64,000 bases of DNA from Octopus vulgaris (taxonomy: Eukaryota): positions 164,672,001 through 164,736,000 of the forward strand of contig OX597817.1 in NCBI GenBank assembly GCA_951406725.2. The letters are read 5' to 3'. Below are positions 51,556 to 64,000 of this stretch, piece after piece. Made by a program: the position numbers and the translations under genes. The notes under the pieces are model-generated. The model saw nothing but the letters and a program-made list of their open reading frames with translations, made no database searches and had not been told where the DNA came from. Positions within the stretch are counted from its first letter, which is position 1; each line of letters begins with the position of its first letter.

Positions 51556-52624
51556 TGTTTGAGAGAAAGAAGACTTTATTTACAGAAGTGTACAATAGGA
51601 TAAAGTATGGGTGCTAGCAGAGTGTATGTCTATGAGTGCGACAAGTGTGTCTGTGTGTCCGTTGTAAGTGTAACAGCGGTGCGTGCAACATCTGTGTTTG
51701 TGTCTGTATGTTCGTGTGTGCGTTACAAGAGTGAGCATAAGTACAAACAAGGTGTATGCGGGTAAGACAAAATACAGAGCATAGAAAAGAGTCTCTCAGA
51801 GTATTTCAGACAAGATGGAGTTAATTTACCAGTTCGTAGTAAGGTTAGACAATAGTTGTAGTCCTGTAAAAGTTGTTGAGGTCACGAGGCAGTGCCGGTT
51901 ACCACACGTGCAGACGTTGTGGTTATTGTGCCGTACCGTGCCGGGTTACTTGATACAGGAATCTCGCAGGCTGACTGGAGCTGTTCACCTTGGTGAATAT
52001 TCACAACAGCGTGGAGTTTAAACCTGAGCGAGTTGCTGTGTACGTATTACTGTTGGTGGCGATGAAGGCGACGGAGATGGAGACGACGTGAAGTTGAAGG
52101 CGACGGAGATGGAGACGACGTGAAGTTGAAGGCGACGGAGATGGAGACGACGTGAAGTTGAAGGACGACGATGGTGATGGCGACGGTAGAGAAAGGCGTC
52201 GTCAAGATGAAGGCGACGATAGTGGAGACGTCCTGCGTTTCTGGTGTATATTAGCGTCGTCGTTGGATGGAGCAGGGACATGGCTGGCTGACTGGTCTGG
52301 TCATCTGTCGCTGGAACTGGAAGTGGCTGAGTCGCTCTGTGGTCAGAGGTTAGTCCTAAGAAAGACTAGAACCTAAGACGAATAATAGTCTGTTGATCTC
52401 GCCTTTTTAAAAGGTTTAAGTGGATCAAATTGGATTGTGAACAAGCTGTCTCACATATTCTTACTGGAAGGTTCTGATTGGTTGGTTTACACATTGGCGT
52501 GAAATAAGTCAAGAGACAAACTGCGCCAATGCCAACCAATCAGAGCAGTGGACACAACAGGGTCCAAATAGCCGAAGATGGTTGCTATCTAACACGAGAT
52601 CATTTCTAATATATCTCTCAAACA
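51556..52624 (-). mobile_element. Solo LTR (BEL/Pao- or Gypsy-like)
   Basis: TGTTTGAGAGA...TCTCTCAAACA inverted termini. On the minus strand, CCAAT boxes, a TATA-like TTTAAAAAGG and AATAAA near the 3' end occur in LTR order. Confidence 0.65.
52064..52164. repeat. 32-bp tandem repeat, three copies, inside the LTR
   Basis: GAAGGCGACGGAGATGGAGACGACGTGAAGTT occurs as three exact copies. Confidence 0.95.
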
Positions 52625-53131
52625 GTGAGGATATCACCTAGCTACGCTACAGATTTAACAAACTGTCCTAATTGTGAAAGTAACTGATTTACAGTTCATA
52701 TTTGCGTTTGGAAACATTCTTCCAGTTTTTATATTTTTAATGACTGAAGGTTGAGTTGATAGATAATGCTGGTTTGTGTAAGGCTGCGTGTATAGAAAGA
52801 GGAAGAACGAGGAAACTAGGATTAAGTGTGACGATTTATTCGACCCGTTAAAAAGCATTAAGACTGCAAAGCTGAAGAGATACATCTTGAAGGAACGGTC
52901 AGAATATATACACATGGTTTATCACGATGAAATGCAAATTGGATTTGGTGACATCAAAGATATTTTGGTGACATGGGCTGTGTACCACAATAAATAGTAT
53001 GGTGTTCTGAAAGTTAAATTCATTGTAAAAGTTTAGGACTTCAAATTCCACCTACGGACTTATTCTGCCAGTTCTGATTGCGTTAGCTGGCAGGATTTTC
53101 CCTTAATCTAACTTTAAAATAACTAGTTATC

Positions 53132-53306
53132 TATTCTGTTGTGTCTGGGGAGAGTCATTTTCTTTTTGTGCCTTATAATGTAACATACTCACCGGTAAAG
53201 TTTCCACTTATTTCTTATTTTCCTAAAATTTTCGTTGCATCTTGCAACCTTTTCAATAGTCTTGACTCATATAAAGAATCTTGCAAACCAAATCCCAAAA
53301 CGAAAA
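53132..53306. mobile_element. Rearranged short copy of the 35.7-36.55 kb fold-back family
   Basis: 53132-53268 is the reverse complement of 36356-36499. 53265-53306 matches 36513-36553 directly. Confidence 0.85.
53223..53259 (-). ncRNA. Minimal hammerhead-like fold with U3-A8 core
   Basis: Minus strand reads cta-TTGAAAA-g-gttgc(aagat)gcaac-GAAA-at-TT-tag. Confidence 0.5.
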
Positions 53307-53964
53307 AGCTATCTATTGATGTCTACCTACATATCTATCTGTGGGCCAGTGAACAACAGGTAATTATTTCATCGACCCCGAAAGAACGAAAAAAAGCAAA
53401 GCTGATGCGGCTGGAATTTGAACTTAGAATGTAAAATCAGAAGAAATGGTTCGAAGCATTTTGTCTGGTATGCTAATAATTCTGCTAATTCGCCGCCTTA
53501 ACCATCATAGCAAATTTTAGTGATAACAGCTCAACAGAGCGCAACGCATGTGCAAATTCGCAGAGTGTCAAGCAGAATTATAATATAATGTTCAAGAAAG
53601 GAGATATACGGAGATCACCTGCAGATCGAATTACATGGATAAAAGCATTGCATGGATATATTACATTAGAGACATGGAAATCGAATATGTACACAACTAC
53701 ATTAATGATTGATTTTTTAATTTACCGCATGATTTCTTATACTTGTTTATTTGTACTGAATTACATATATGACAATGACAAACATCTGTTACTACTAAGC
53801 CAACATATCGAGAAGACTTAGCATAATGAAGGGCGTTTCTCTTCAACACATTTATCTTTTATTGCATATCTAGCATCACACTTTTTGTTAATATGATTGT
53901 GAGTGTTCCGCGAAGCACTTACAAATGTCAGGAATAAATTACTTTGCCGACCAGCGAAGATTTA

Positions 53965-54006
<42 letters not shown>

Positions 54007-54540
54007 GCCCAATATACCCGTCATGACTACCTGTCTGATAAGGGTACACTAGGCACATGCATCACAACCAAATGTGCGCGATATGGTGATCTCATATCAA
54101 GCTCAACAGCGCATCACCTTGCAGGTGGGAGCCCAGTTAGAATTTTCTTCAGTTCGAGTAGCCCATCCCGCTTAAAAGGTCCCTGAATAAGGGCTGTTTA
54201 AGGATTTTGAACGAACCACCCATGTTTCCAAAGGTGAATTATCCAAACCTCTAAGAATCCCATTCAACACATGGCTATGATGCTCCCCCACTATTTCTGC
54301 TCGTGATCAGAAATGCACATATCGTCAGCCACTAAGTGACATGCTCAACTGGTTAAGGTCAAACAACTGACAAGCAAATCTGTGGTATTGAGCAGAATAT
54401 TTGCTGTAGCCCATCTTTTATACCAAGACAAAACAATGTACATGATAACACTTCCAATCAGTTAAGATCAGAAGCCATGAGAGCCACTGTCTGGTACTGC
54501 ACCAGAGCATTTATCATCATCATCATCATCATCATCATTA
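54007..54540 (+). mobile_element. Unclassified interspersed repeat, probably a non-LTR 3' end, embedded in (TTA)n/(TCA)n; partial inverted copy at about 19820-19990
   Basis: 54240-54410 is the reverse complement of 19820-19990. Confidence 0.55.
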
Positions 54541-54589
54541 TTTAGTGGACTCGTCTGAAAGAGCTAAAGTAAGACACTTTCCTCTTTGG

Positions 54590-54961
54590 CCAAGCCCTCA
54601 TCAACTTCTTCAAGTTTCACTTGAAGAGGTAGATGAGGGTGGAGAAGGAAGTGTTACCTTCTAGCAAGTTTATTGAAAGATCGGTGAATGTTGGAAGAAT
54701 GGCCAGTGTGAAAGGACCAATTCTGAGCGTGCACCTGTGAAAATTAAAGAAGGACTCTTGCCCTGTTGATCAGACACCTGTGGCTTTTGTAGGGTTTTCC
54801 ACGAGGAACCATAAAGTGGCTTTGGGAAATTTATGTTTAATTTTGTATTGTTTTCTAATGTTTACATGCTGTAAAACCCTTTGTATCGTCTTGTGTTGTC
54901 TTTTATGTTGTGCTATGTCATTTTATGTTGTTTTATGTAAGTCCTTATGGTTAATAAAAGA

Positions 54962-55011
<50 letters not shown>
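54590..55011 (+). mobile_element. 3' end of the Tx1/L1-type LINE family with AATAAA and a (TTA)n tail
   Basis: 54593-54740 is similar to 51040-51180. Confidence 0.7.
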
Positions 55012-55012
<1 letters not shown>

Positions 55013-55489
55013 GACGTCACACAGTATACAATATCGTGAGGTTGTTGATTGAAGATATTATGTCTACTGGCGGGGGGAGGGGGCTTATACTTTTTGTCAA
55101 GTCACAAGGACCTCAGACAGACTTATAATTGAAGGAAGGTTTTTATGATACTTTTGGGGTATCTTCTTCCATTATAATTATTCTGTTGATTCAAGGAGCT
55201 GGAAATACGAAGAACGAAGTTCTCAGGCAGAGTAAATTCAATAACCGTTTGTTCACAGGTGCTTCGTACAAGGGGTTTGCTTTCAGTAACCATCTTTACA
55301 GCAGTGCGTAGTTAGCATTCTCTCTCATACACGTGAGAGATAACCTCTGGATAACCTCTGCAGACAATGCAAGTGGTATCACAACAATTCAAAACAACTA
55401 TAGCAAGCAACAATCAATCAAACAAACACTCAACACCATGACTCACATCCATCACGACAAAAAAAACAAAAAACAAAAACAAAAGAGAA

Positions 55490-55868
55490 AAAACCAACTC
55501 AAACTGCCGGCACGAACCTCCGCCAACGCAACACCAACGTCCTCTTAACGATTAGCCGGAGACGATTTTTAAAAGGAGAATATCTGAAATAAACTCGACT
55601 GTTCTCACAAACGAGAATACTAAAAATGAATCCGACCGCTCTCAAAAATAAAGTTAAAAAAAAGCCGGAAAAATTATCCAGAATCCTTGTCTGGTACCGG
55701 ATCGATCCCAAAATCTAATCAGTTGGTGCCAGTCACGAGGACAAACATCCCTGAAAGTTTCAACCGAATCCATCCAGCGTTTCTTGAGATGTCTTGCTTA
55801 CGGACAAACAAACAAACAAACACGACTGAAAACAATACCTCCGCCTTCGCTGAAGGCGAAGGTAATAA
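55490..55868 (-). mobile_element. Helentron-associated interspersed element (HINE/DINE-1-like)
   Basis: Minus strand starts TTATTACCTTCGCC...GGCGGAGGTA (hairpin) followed by (GTTT)n. The matching sub-terminal inverted repeat ACCTCCGCC is at about 55517. Confidence 0.7.
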
Positions 55869-55968
55869 ACGATGTCGTCGCGTTGTTGGGTAAGATATTT
55901 TCTGTAGTTTCGTGGTCCATTCTGTGAGGAGCTAGCTTCATCCCTGTGCTGTTACATAGATAGATAGA

Positions 55969-56031
<63 letters not shown>

Positions 56032-56528
56032 AGCGATATAGGTAGCTAGAGATAATAAAAATTCTGTCCTCGCTCGCGTAGGGACCAAAAGTTTGCTCCT
56101 CGGCCAGTGGTCGAATTGACTGAAAGAAAGAGGCTTAATATTTCACTGAGTATTAATAAATTTGGCAAATAAAGTAGGTTAACTCTTTCCTTCCTAAACA
56201 GATTTCTCCAGAATTATCTTTCTGGCCCCTCCAGTGGAGGCAAAAGATCAAAACGTCAACTCATCCTCATTAATCTCTTAGTGCAGAGAGGAGAAAGAAA
56301 AGGACCGGGAATTTGTTTGGCAATTAATAATAATTAACGGGACCCGTGAATATTTCACAGAATTAATGGTAAACTTTTTGGGTTATTTCTGAAAACTTTA
56401 TCCCCAAAACCTGAAAGTGTAGCCTGTGTTGTGTCTGTATCAAAGGATAGTCGCTCATCTGTTAATCATTGAAAAGTGAAAGAAATTGGAACACGATGAT
56501 CACTTAGTGCACTTTATATATATATATA

Positions 56529-56926
56529 TCTTTATATATAAAAGAGAGGTTGTGTGTCTGTCTCCTACGATTTAGATTCCTAACTACTCCCACATTTTGC
56601 GGTGCAGTTTAACCAAAACCGGGTATCTTATAGTCGTGATTCATATCGAACCCTTCTGGGTATTAGCGCGCGTCTACGATGAGTCTACGATTAAAAAAAA
56701 AATTTACCATCATTTTTTTCCATTTTAATGCATTTTTTTCGCTATTATATAAGGGAAGTAACTCTCTAAAAATATCTACGATGAGTCAACGATTTAAAAA
56801 AAATTACCATAATTTTTTTTCCATTTTTAATGCATTTGTTTGCTATTTTTTTGGCTATAACTCTCTAAAAATGCTTATATAGTTATTTCCCTTACAAACC
56901 CGAGCAACGCCGGGCGATACTGCTAG
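56529..56926 (+). mobile_element. Non-autonomous Helitron, family B
   Basis: A|TC start, internal duplication of about 100 bp, hairpin and CTAG|T end. Inserted in (TA)n. Confidence 0.9.
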
Positions 56927-57209
56927 TATATATATATATATATAGTAGAAATATGTTACGAAAAGAAAATATAAAATACACGTGGAAATGTAAGGGTAAA
57001 ATATGAAAAATCGACGAAAATGCATATTGCAAATAGAAAAAGGCTATTTATGACAAGTAGTGACAAATATATACATTTAGATTGATTGAGGTAAGTAATA
57101 CGAGTCATAAAGGTCACTATTATGAGATGATTATAAGATGATAATAAAGTAAGAGAACAAAACGAACCATGATTTAAGCAAAGCTATTCATCGTTATATA
57201 TATATATAT

Positions 57210-57244
<35 letters not shown>

Positions 57245-58181
57245 TTTATATGCTTTGTGCACAATTTTATAGATACAGCACGCTCCCACTTTTTCTCTCA
57301 CTCTTCGTCTTAGCATCTTTTTCTCTCTCTCCTTTTTCTTTCGCTCTTTGCCTTTCCCTTCAACTAATCCCGTGAAAGTATTGCAGACGTTACAGAACAC
57401 ACCCGACCAAGATGCCGTGCATTGGGACTGAACCCGAATCCATGTGGGTACAAAGCATGCCTCTTAACGACACAAGCACGTCTGCACCTTGTCTGAATGC
57501 TTGCCACAAAAAGAATGCTTACTAAAAACTCTAAGGATGTGTTGTTCAGTTTCAGGTTAAGCATTCAATTGTTACACTTCTGCTTTTTTTTTCTTAGGCC
57601 CAGAATTATCTAAGACGAAATGATTTCAATGTGATTTGTTAGTTATTTTTAGCAGGTCAAGAGAATACAGAGAAACTCACGCTGGTTTGCGAGGTGCTGT
57701 TGCTGTTGTGTAGATCCAGGACAGTTGCAGATCAAGTTTTTTTGCTATTTTACGCAGCAGGTCGACCGAATTAATTGTTAGACTTTTTGAGAAAATCTAA
57801 AATATATAAGTTTACTTGTATGTCTGTATCCAACAATGTATATAATTCTCAGACTTGCACGTTATTTGAAATACAAAAAGGTCACAAATTTCCAGAACTT
57901 TCACATATATTGCTCAGATGAAACTTGGCTGAGTGACCCAAGTGTCTTATGTTCAGTAATCTTCTATTTATTAGACAAGACAAACATGTAAGCACTGAGG
58001 TGCGACTGGCACCTTTATTTATGATACTGAGAATGATGGATTTTAGTTCAAATAAGAATGCAATTATTTTGTTTAACATTGTTACAGTAGTTTGTTTTAA
58101 TATTAAAAGTGATGTAATTCAATTTAAAAGATCTCTGATATCACCGTTAAAAACCAGTGTTCAATTCTTGTTTCATCTTAA

Positions 58182-58367
58182 CTCCTTAACATTCAGATTG
58201 TTTATTCACATTGCTTTGAATTAATCATGCATTACCTGTAGCCTTGAGATTTAATTGATCTGATTGCTTATTTTTAGATTGACTTTCTAGAGGCCAGGCC
58301 TGACCGGTTTGAACATAAAACAGGTAGAATATTTGGGCCAGATATGGCCGGTTTAAATGCTAAAAGG
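58182..58367 (-). mobile_element. Decayed piggyBac-type MITE, family 2
   Basis: Reverse complement of the MITE halves of 26719-27441. Confidence 0.65.
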
Positions 58368-60459
58368 AGAAACATATCAATTAAAATCTTCCTTGCTACA
58401 TGGAGAGGAAGCCACTCTGTCATGTGTTAACATCATCAGATGATCTAGTTCTTATTCCCAATGTTTCAATAATGTGAAGTGTCATCATGTAGTCAACATC
58501 ATTTAACATCCATGTTTCATGCTGGCATGGGTTGGACAGTTTGACGATGAAGAATTAATTGTTATGTCCAAATATACAATGAAACATCAATGCTTCATTG
58601 CATATATATAAGCAGATAAAAAAAATCATAGTGACTGCCTGCAAGCGAGTATGACTTAGTAATGTATATCATGCTTTCACTCATTATTTTAAGTGTCTAC
58701 ATAGTTACAAGCAGATAGACACTCTACTGACCTTCTCACCTTTATCTCATAATTTTGTTGATCCAAACACCTGATTAATAATTCAAGAAAGTAGTTATTT
58801 TACTCAGACTGTTCAAATTGATTATGTTTATTTACTTGGGAACATGACTATAAAAGAATTTAGCATCAAATTTGATTTCAACTTACATTTTCCACAGCTA
58901 TTCTAACAACAGTGTAATAATACTTCTGTAACCTCTCGGAGGAAACATGACTCCTCCTTCACTCCTCTCCACCCTTCATTTATGGTTTGAGAATAATTCT
59001 ATAATTGTTGTAAACTGGAATGGAACTTACTCTCTTTCTGCTCACATCCATTCTCCATTTAATGCTACTTGGTTTGCATCTTTTAGAGAGATAGATTAGA
59101 TAAAATGGACTCAAAGACCAACTAGAAAGTGAAAGTAGTATCTAACTTAGGATGTCTCATAGATAGTGGTGGCAATGGTGTTGGAGGTGGTAGATGTGGT
59201 TATCATGGCAGTGGTGGTGGTGGTGTAGTGTTGACAGTGGATGTGTATGATGGCAGCAATTATAGTGTTGGTGTTTTTGCAGAGGTGGTGGTGGTGGTGG
59301 TGGCAGGTGGATGATGATGGATGATGATGATAATGATGATGATAGAAGTAGTGGCATTGATTATGTTAGGATGTCTCAGTAGTGGTTGTGAAGATGATTC
59401 TGATATTGATAGTCTTTGCATTGAGGTGGTGGCAGAGTCAGAGTAAATAATAAGAGCCCAGTTAACACAAGATTCTTAAATTTTGGAGATCTTAAGATAG
59501 AGAGCAAGAAGTTAAAAGTTCCAATACTGTCCCAATTCCTACACCCCAGATTCTTCAACTATTTTATAAGAAAGGGGTTAATGGCAGGTTGTATACCAAA
59601 AAATACATAAATAAATTACTGTTTTATTCTTTGGCAACACGTGTTTCATGAGGTACATCCTCGGGTTCCTAAACCACACCTTGTTTCCCTGGAACCCCTC
59701 TCAAGATGCCAACACAATCATCAAGCCCTGTTAGTGTGTGTGAAGAGACAGAGAGAGTAATGTGTGAAAGAGAGAGATAACTGAAATTTTTTACTCGGTG
59801 TATCATCATCATCATCATCATCATCGTTTAACGTCCGTTTTCCATGCTAGCATGGGTTGGACGGTTCAACCGGGATCTGGGAAGCCAGAAGGCTGCACCA
59901 GGCTCCAGTCTGATCTGGCAGTGTTTCTACAGCTGGATGCCCTTCATAATGCCAACCACTCCGTGAGTGTAGTGGGTACTTTTTATGTGCCAGTGGCACA
60001 GGTGCCAGAGGGGTCTGGCATCGGCCACGTTCGGATGGTGCTTTTTATGTGTCACCGGCACAGGTATCACAACTACTGTTTCCATTGATATTTGGTTTGA
60101 TGTTCATGTACATGCACTTGACTCAACAGGTCTCCTCAAGCACAGTGAGATGTTCCAAAATCCAAGGTACTTTGAATGGGCAGGGGGTATGCGGAACTGG
60201 TGCCGGAAGCATCACGGGTCTTAGTAGTCATAGCACATCTCCAGAGATCTCAGTCCTTCGCCATTGCCTCAGTGAGGCCCAACGCTCTGAGGTCATGCTT
60301 GCCTACCTCATCCCATGTCTTCCTGGGTCTACCTCTCCCCCTGATTCCTTCAACTGTTCGGGAGTGGCACTTCTTCACACATCTCTCCTCATCCATCCGC
60401 AGTACATGACCATACCATCGCAAGCGTCGCTCTTGCACACCGCATCTGATGCTTCTTAT

Positions 60460-63400
60460 AATAATAATAATAATGAAATTATTGTATACAGTGCTCAGGT
60501 GCACCACAACTTGTCAGAAAGTGCATATAAAGTACATGCAGCAATGTAGAAATGTCTGGAAAGTGAACATGCTTGTGTGTGTATGGAGGGGAGAAAATCA
60601 AGTGTAGTGTTGGCGAATCTCAGGAAGCATGGAAGTTTTGAAGGATGCAGTGCTCCGACAACTAACAACCGATGCCGGCAGTTTGTTCCACGCTTCAGCA
60701 ACTCTCAGCTTGAAAAAATGTTTCCTGAAGTCATGGGAGCTGTGCTGTTTTCTTACTTTGTAAATATGTCCACGGGTGTTAGATGGGTGGAGTTTGAAGA
60801 GGTGCTCAGAGTTATTGTTTGTGCGATGGTTGATAATTTTATGGGTGTCTGCCAAGTCAGCTGCCAGACGTCGGAGTTTTAATGTGTCCATGCCCAGGGA
60901 AGTAAGGCGTTCAGGATATGGCAAATGCCTGATGGAGGGTATTATTTTGGTTGCACGTCGCTGAACAGCTTCTAGACGATTGATGTCCTGGGCAAGATAA
61001 GGGTTCCAGACCGGTGATGCAAATTCCAGGTGAGGTCTTACCATAGCTATATAAAGCCGCAGATAGATAGCCGGAGAGCGGCTCACAAAGGATTTGGTGA
61101 GTGATGCCAAGACACCCTCAGCCTTCTTGACAATTTTAGCGATGTGTTTTGTCCAACGCAAATCACTGTCGACAATAACACCCAGGTCACGTTCACTTGA
61201 AGACTTTTTGAGACTAGTGTTGTGGAGGGAGTAGGTGGACGCTGGGTTTCTCCTCCCAAAATGCATGGTGGTACATTTGTCCACAGCCAGCTTGAGTTGC
61301 CAGTCCATGATCCACTGCTGCATTGTGTCCAGGCCTGCTTGCAATAGAGATCCATAGTGTACAGGATTTGACCTCTTTATTTGGAGGTACAGCTTGATGT
61401 CATCTGCATATTTCAGCACTGTGGCATTCTTTAAGTTGGCATCTATGTCATTAACATATGCAACAAATAAAAGAGGGCCAAGAACAGATCCCTGCGGCAC
61501 ACCAGATGTCATCTCATAGAGCGAAGAGTGCTGTCCTAGAACTGTGACAACCTCTTTTCGGCCGAAAATACAGGACTTTAACCAGTTATAGAGTTCGTCT
61601 CTTACACCCAACGCAGAAAGCTTCACCATAAGTCTTTTGTGTGGCACAGAGTTAAAAGCCTTAACAAAGTCCAGGTAAACAACATCCACCCAGGATCCGC
61701 GATCAGTGATTTGGGTAATGTACTCAAGAAACTCGATGAGTTGATTACAGCAGCTGGAGTTAGGAATAAATCCGAATTGTGACGGCTGGCTGAGGCTGTG
61801 AGACTTCCAGAAGTTCCAGAGGGTTTCTCTGATACAGGATTCCATCAGTTTGGCGATGCAGCTAGTAAGACTGACGGGGCGATAGTTGACAGGCGATGTG
61901 CGGTCGCCTTTTTTAACAGAGGGATGACACTGGCAGTTTTCCACTGTTTTGGAGTAACACCATTGTCGAGACAGAATTGGAAGAATAGAGAAAGTTGGCT
62001 TAGAAGAAAGTACCCACTGCGTTTGAGAAGTAGGTATGTAACACCATTGAGACCAGGAGAGGCATAATTGCGTTTATTCTTTAGGTGGCGTTGCAGCATT
62101 GCTGGTGTAAATTGCATAGAAGATATAAGTCCGATGTCAGTGGTGATGATGATGGAACATTTTGGTCTTCGACAGTAAAGATGCCGGCATAGCATCCAGC
62201 AATGATTTCTGCACTATCTTCGGGATTGCCAGTAATCTGTCCTGTGTGGGGATTGCGAAGGGGACCAACAGGAGAGTGGGGTCTCTGCTTTGAGTGCACA
62301 TACTTCCAGAACCCTTTGCTGTCAGGGTTAGCTGCAATGCGTTGTTCAAATTCAAGCACTGCCTTTTTTGTCACCTGCTTGAGGTGGTTGGCTGACCTAT
62401 TGCGCTTTTTCCTGTTGCTCTCTGATTTATGCAATTTGTATTCCCGTTCAGCATTACGGCGTTCTTTCCTGGCAAGTCGGACTGCTGCAGTCTCCCAAAT
62501 TGCACTATTGGGTGGTTTTTTGTGCTTGCGTGGTACTGATGCTGCACATGCTGCCCATATTGAATTCAGAATGTTCTGGAGTATAGTGTCCACATCTCCA
62601 GAGGCATAAAATTCGCGCCAGTTTGGGCGTTGCAGCTCAGTACAATAAGAGCTCCAGTTTGCTTTATTCCAGTCAAAGCGGGCAATCTGAAGATGGTTGT
62701 GTTTTTTGTTACAACCAATCAGAGACAAGTCGGCCATGATCATGGAATGATCAGAGTCACCCAAAGGTTCTTCGGTAGCGACACTAATGATTGTTTCAGG
62801 AGAAGCGGTTAGTAGCAGATCCAAAGTGTTGTTACCTCTTGTGGGGGAGGTAACAACTTGGGACCAATTCGAATTCAGCACCAGTTCAAGAAAATCGTCT
62901 GCACTTTGCGGCCAACAGAAGGCCTCCCAGTCAATCTCAGGGAAATTGAAGTCCCCCACAACATACACATATGTGGCTGTTTTCATGGCAGCCGCCCTGA
63001 GGAGATCAAAAAGCTGTGCGTCTTGGCGATAATTTGGAGGACGGTAAACGACTCCGAGCAGAAGTGTTGACATGGTCATGTGTACATTGCAGAAAAATAC
63101 CTCCTGCTGAGATTGGTTCAAATCATCACAGGGGATTGCCGAAAGACTTGATCGAACATAAATCATCACACCCCCTCCACGGCGATTAATGCGGTCTTTG
63201 CGGAACAGGTTGTAGCCGGCTATGCTGAAAACTCCATCACAGAGTGCAGAGTGTGCCCACGTTTCCGTGACTGTGATGAAATCTGGGTTGATACTTTTGA
63301 CGTAGGAGACAAAAAGATGCACCTTGTTGCATAAACTACGGGCATTCAAGGACAGCAGTTTATATCTGGTTTTCAGATGATGATATACAGGGGATGGCTG

Positions 63401-63586
63401 ATTGTTCTTGGTTAGTTTCCCCAAGATTTTTGCATTGCCAGTTGTTGTTGTGGGTGTAGTCTGCTCAGTCCAACTGGCATCCCTTATCCACGACTCACCA
63501 GACTTGACGAATGTCCAGATCTGCCCATCATCGCGGAGGCTAAAACTCTCCCGTGGCACAGAGTTGCGATTTAGGGAAGCCACGGA
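60460..63586 (-). mobile_element. CR1-clade LINE, 5'-truncated, with (TTA)n tail and 7-bp TSD
   Basis: TSD TTCTTAT at 60453-60459 and 63587-63593. APE and RT domains are present. Confidence 0.93.
60598..63583 (-). pseudogene. CR1 ORF2 (APE endonuclease plus RT) with two frameshifts near 62125 and 61912
   Basis: LNARSL, TETW, GDFN and SDH in 62081-63583, a bridge in 61845-62195, and NYRPVSLTS, GVPQGSVLGP, YADD and VRPHLEF in 60598-61944. Confidence 0.9.
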
Positions 63587-64000
63587 TTCTTATGCCTAGC
63601 ATTTCTCTCAGGGTGCTTACACTCTGTCGTGCATTCACACTGACATTACACATCCAGCGGATCATGCTAGCTTCATTTCTTTCAAGTCTACGCATGTCCT
63701 CTGCAGTTACGGCCCATGTTTCACTGCCGTGAAGCATGGCAGTTCACACACATGCATCATACAATCTACCTTTCACTCTGAGTGAGAGACCCTTTGTCGC
63801 CAGTAGGGGTAGCAGCTTTCTAAACTTTGCCCAGGCTATTCGTGTTCTAGTGGTGACACTCTCTGAGCATCCACCCCCACTACTAACTTGGTCACCCAGG
63901 TAGCGGAAACTATCAACTACTTCTAGTTTCTCTCCCTGGAGTGTGATGGAATCGGTTTTCTGAGTGTCTGTGGTGTCTATTGTCCCTGTGCATCTGCCGC

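Larger units (their letters stand above)
59801..64000 (-). mobile_element. RTE copy D (subfamily of copy C), split by the CR1 insertion and running off the window end
   Basis: 59801-60459 and 63587-64000 rejoin to a contiguous RTE ORF (...REMLGIR|SIRCGVQERR...). Confidence 0.93.

Noticed and set aside
57890-58040. Possible plus-strand exon encoding HIYCSDETWLSD
   Set aside because: It has no good donor and an early stop. ETWL suggests a decayed LINE endonuclease.
59129-59430. Gly/Val-rich or His/Pro-rich ORFs
   Set aside because: They come from degenerate (GGT)n and (GAT)n simple repeats.

Overview
This is AT-rich, repeat-dense animal genomic DNA. The RTE (GAT)n tails, tRNA-derived SINEs and very long (TA)n/(TATG)n tracts suggest an octopus or other coleoid cephalopod (inference). 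Most ORF-track entries are microsatellite or transposon artefacts. The only host gene I can support is a minus-strand single-pass small membrane protein resembling SMIM29. It has a coding exon at 20637-20873 and a 26-nt microexon at 16301-16326 that the ORF track misses. Its likely promoter lies in a CpG-retaining zone at about 30.9-34.5 kb, and later exons were not found in the window. The rest is nested mobile DNA: several RTE LINEs, a CR1-type LINE inserted in an RTE with a 7-bp TSD, a decayed Tx1/L1-type LINE, mariner relics, piggyBac-type MITEs, non-autonomous Helitrons sharing one 3' end, a HINE, a solo LTR and Penelope-like fold-back fragments. The best candidate for something new is a set of minimal hammerhead-ribozyme folds in three unrelated Penelope-like repeat families, all with non-canonical cores: CCGACGA (U4C) at 42.8 kb and as a relic at 29.7 kb, and a compensatory U3-A8 core at 53.2 kb. 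All calls were made by eye and no searches were run.
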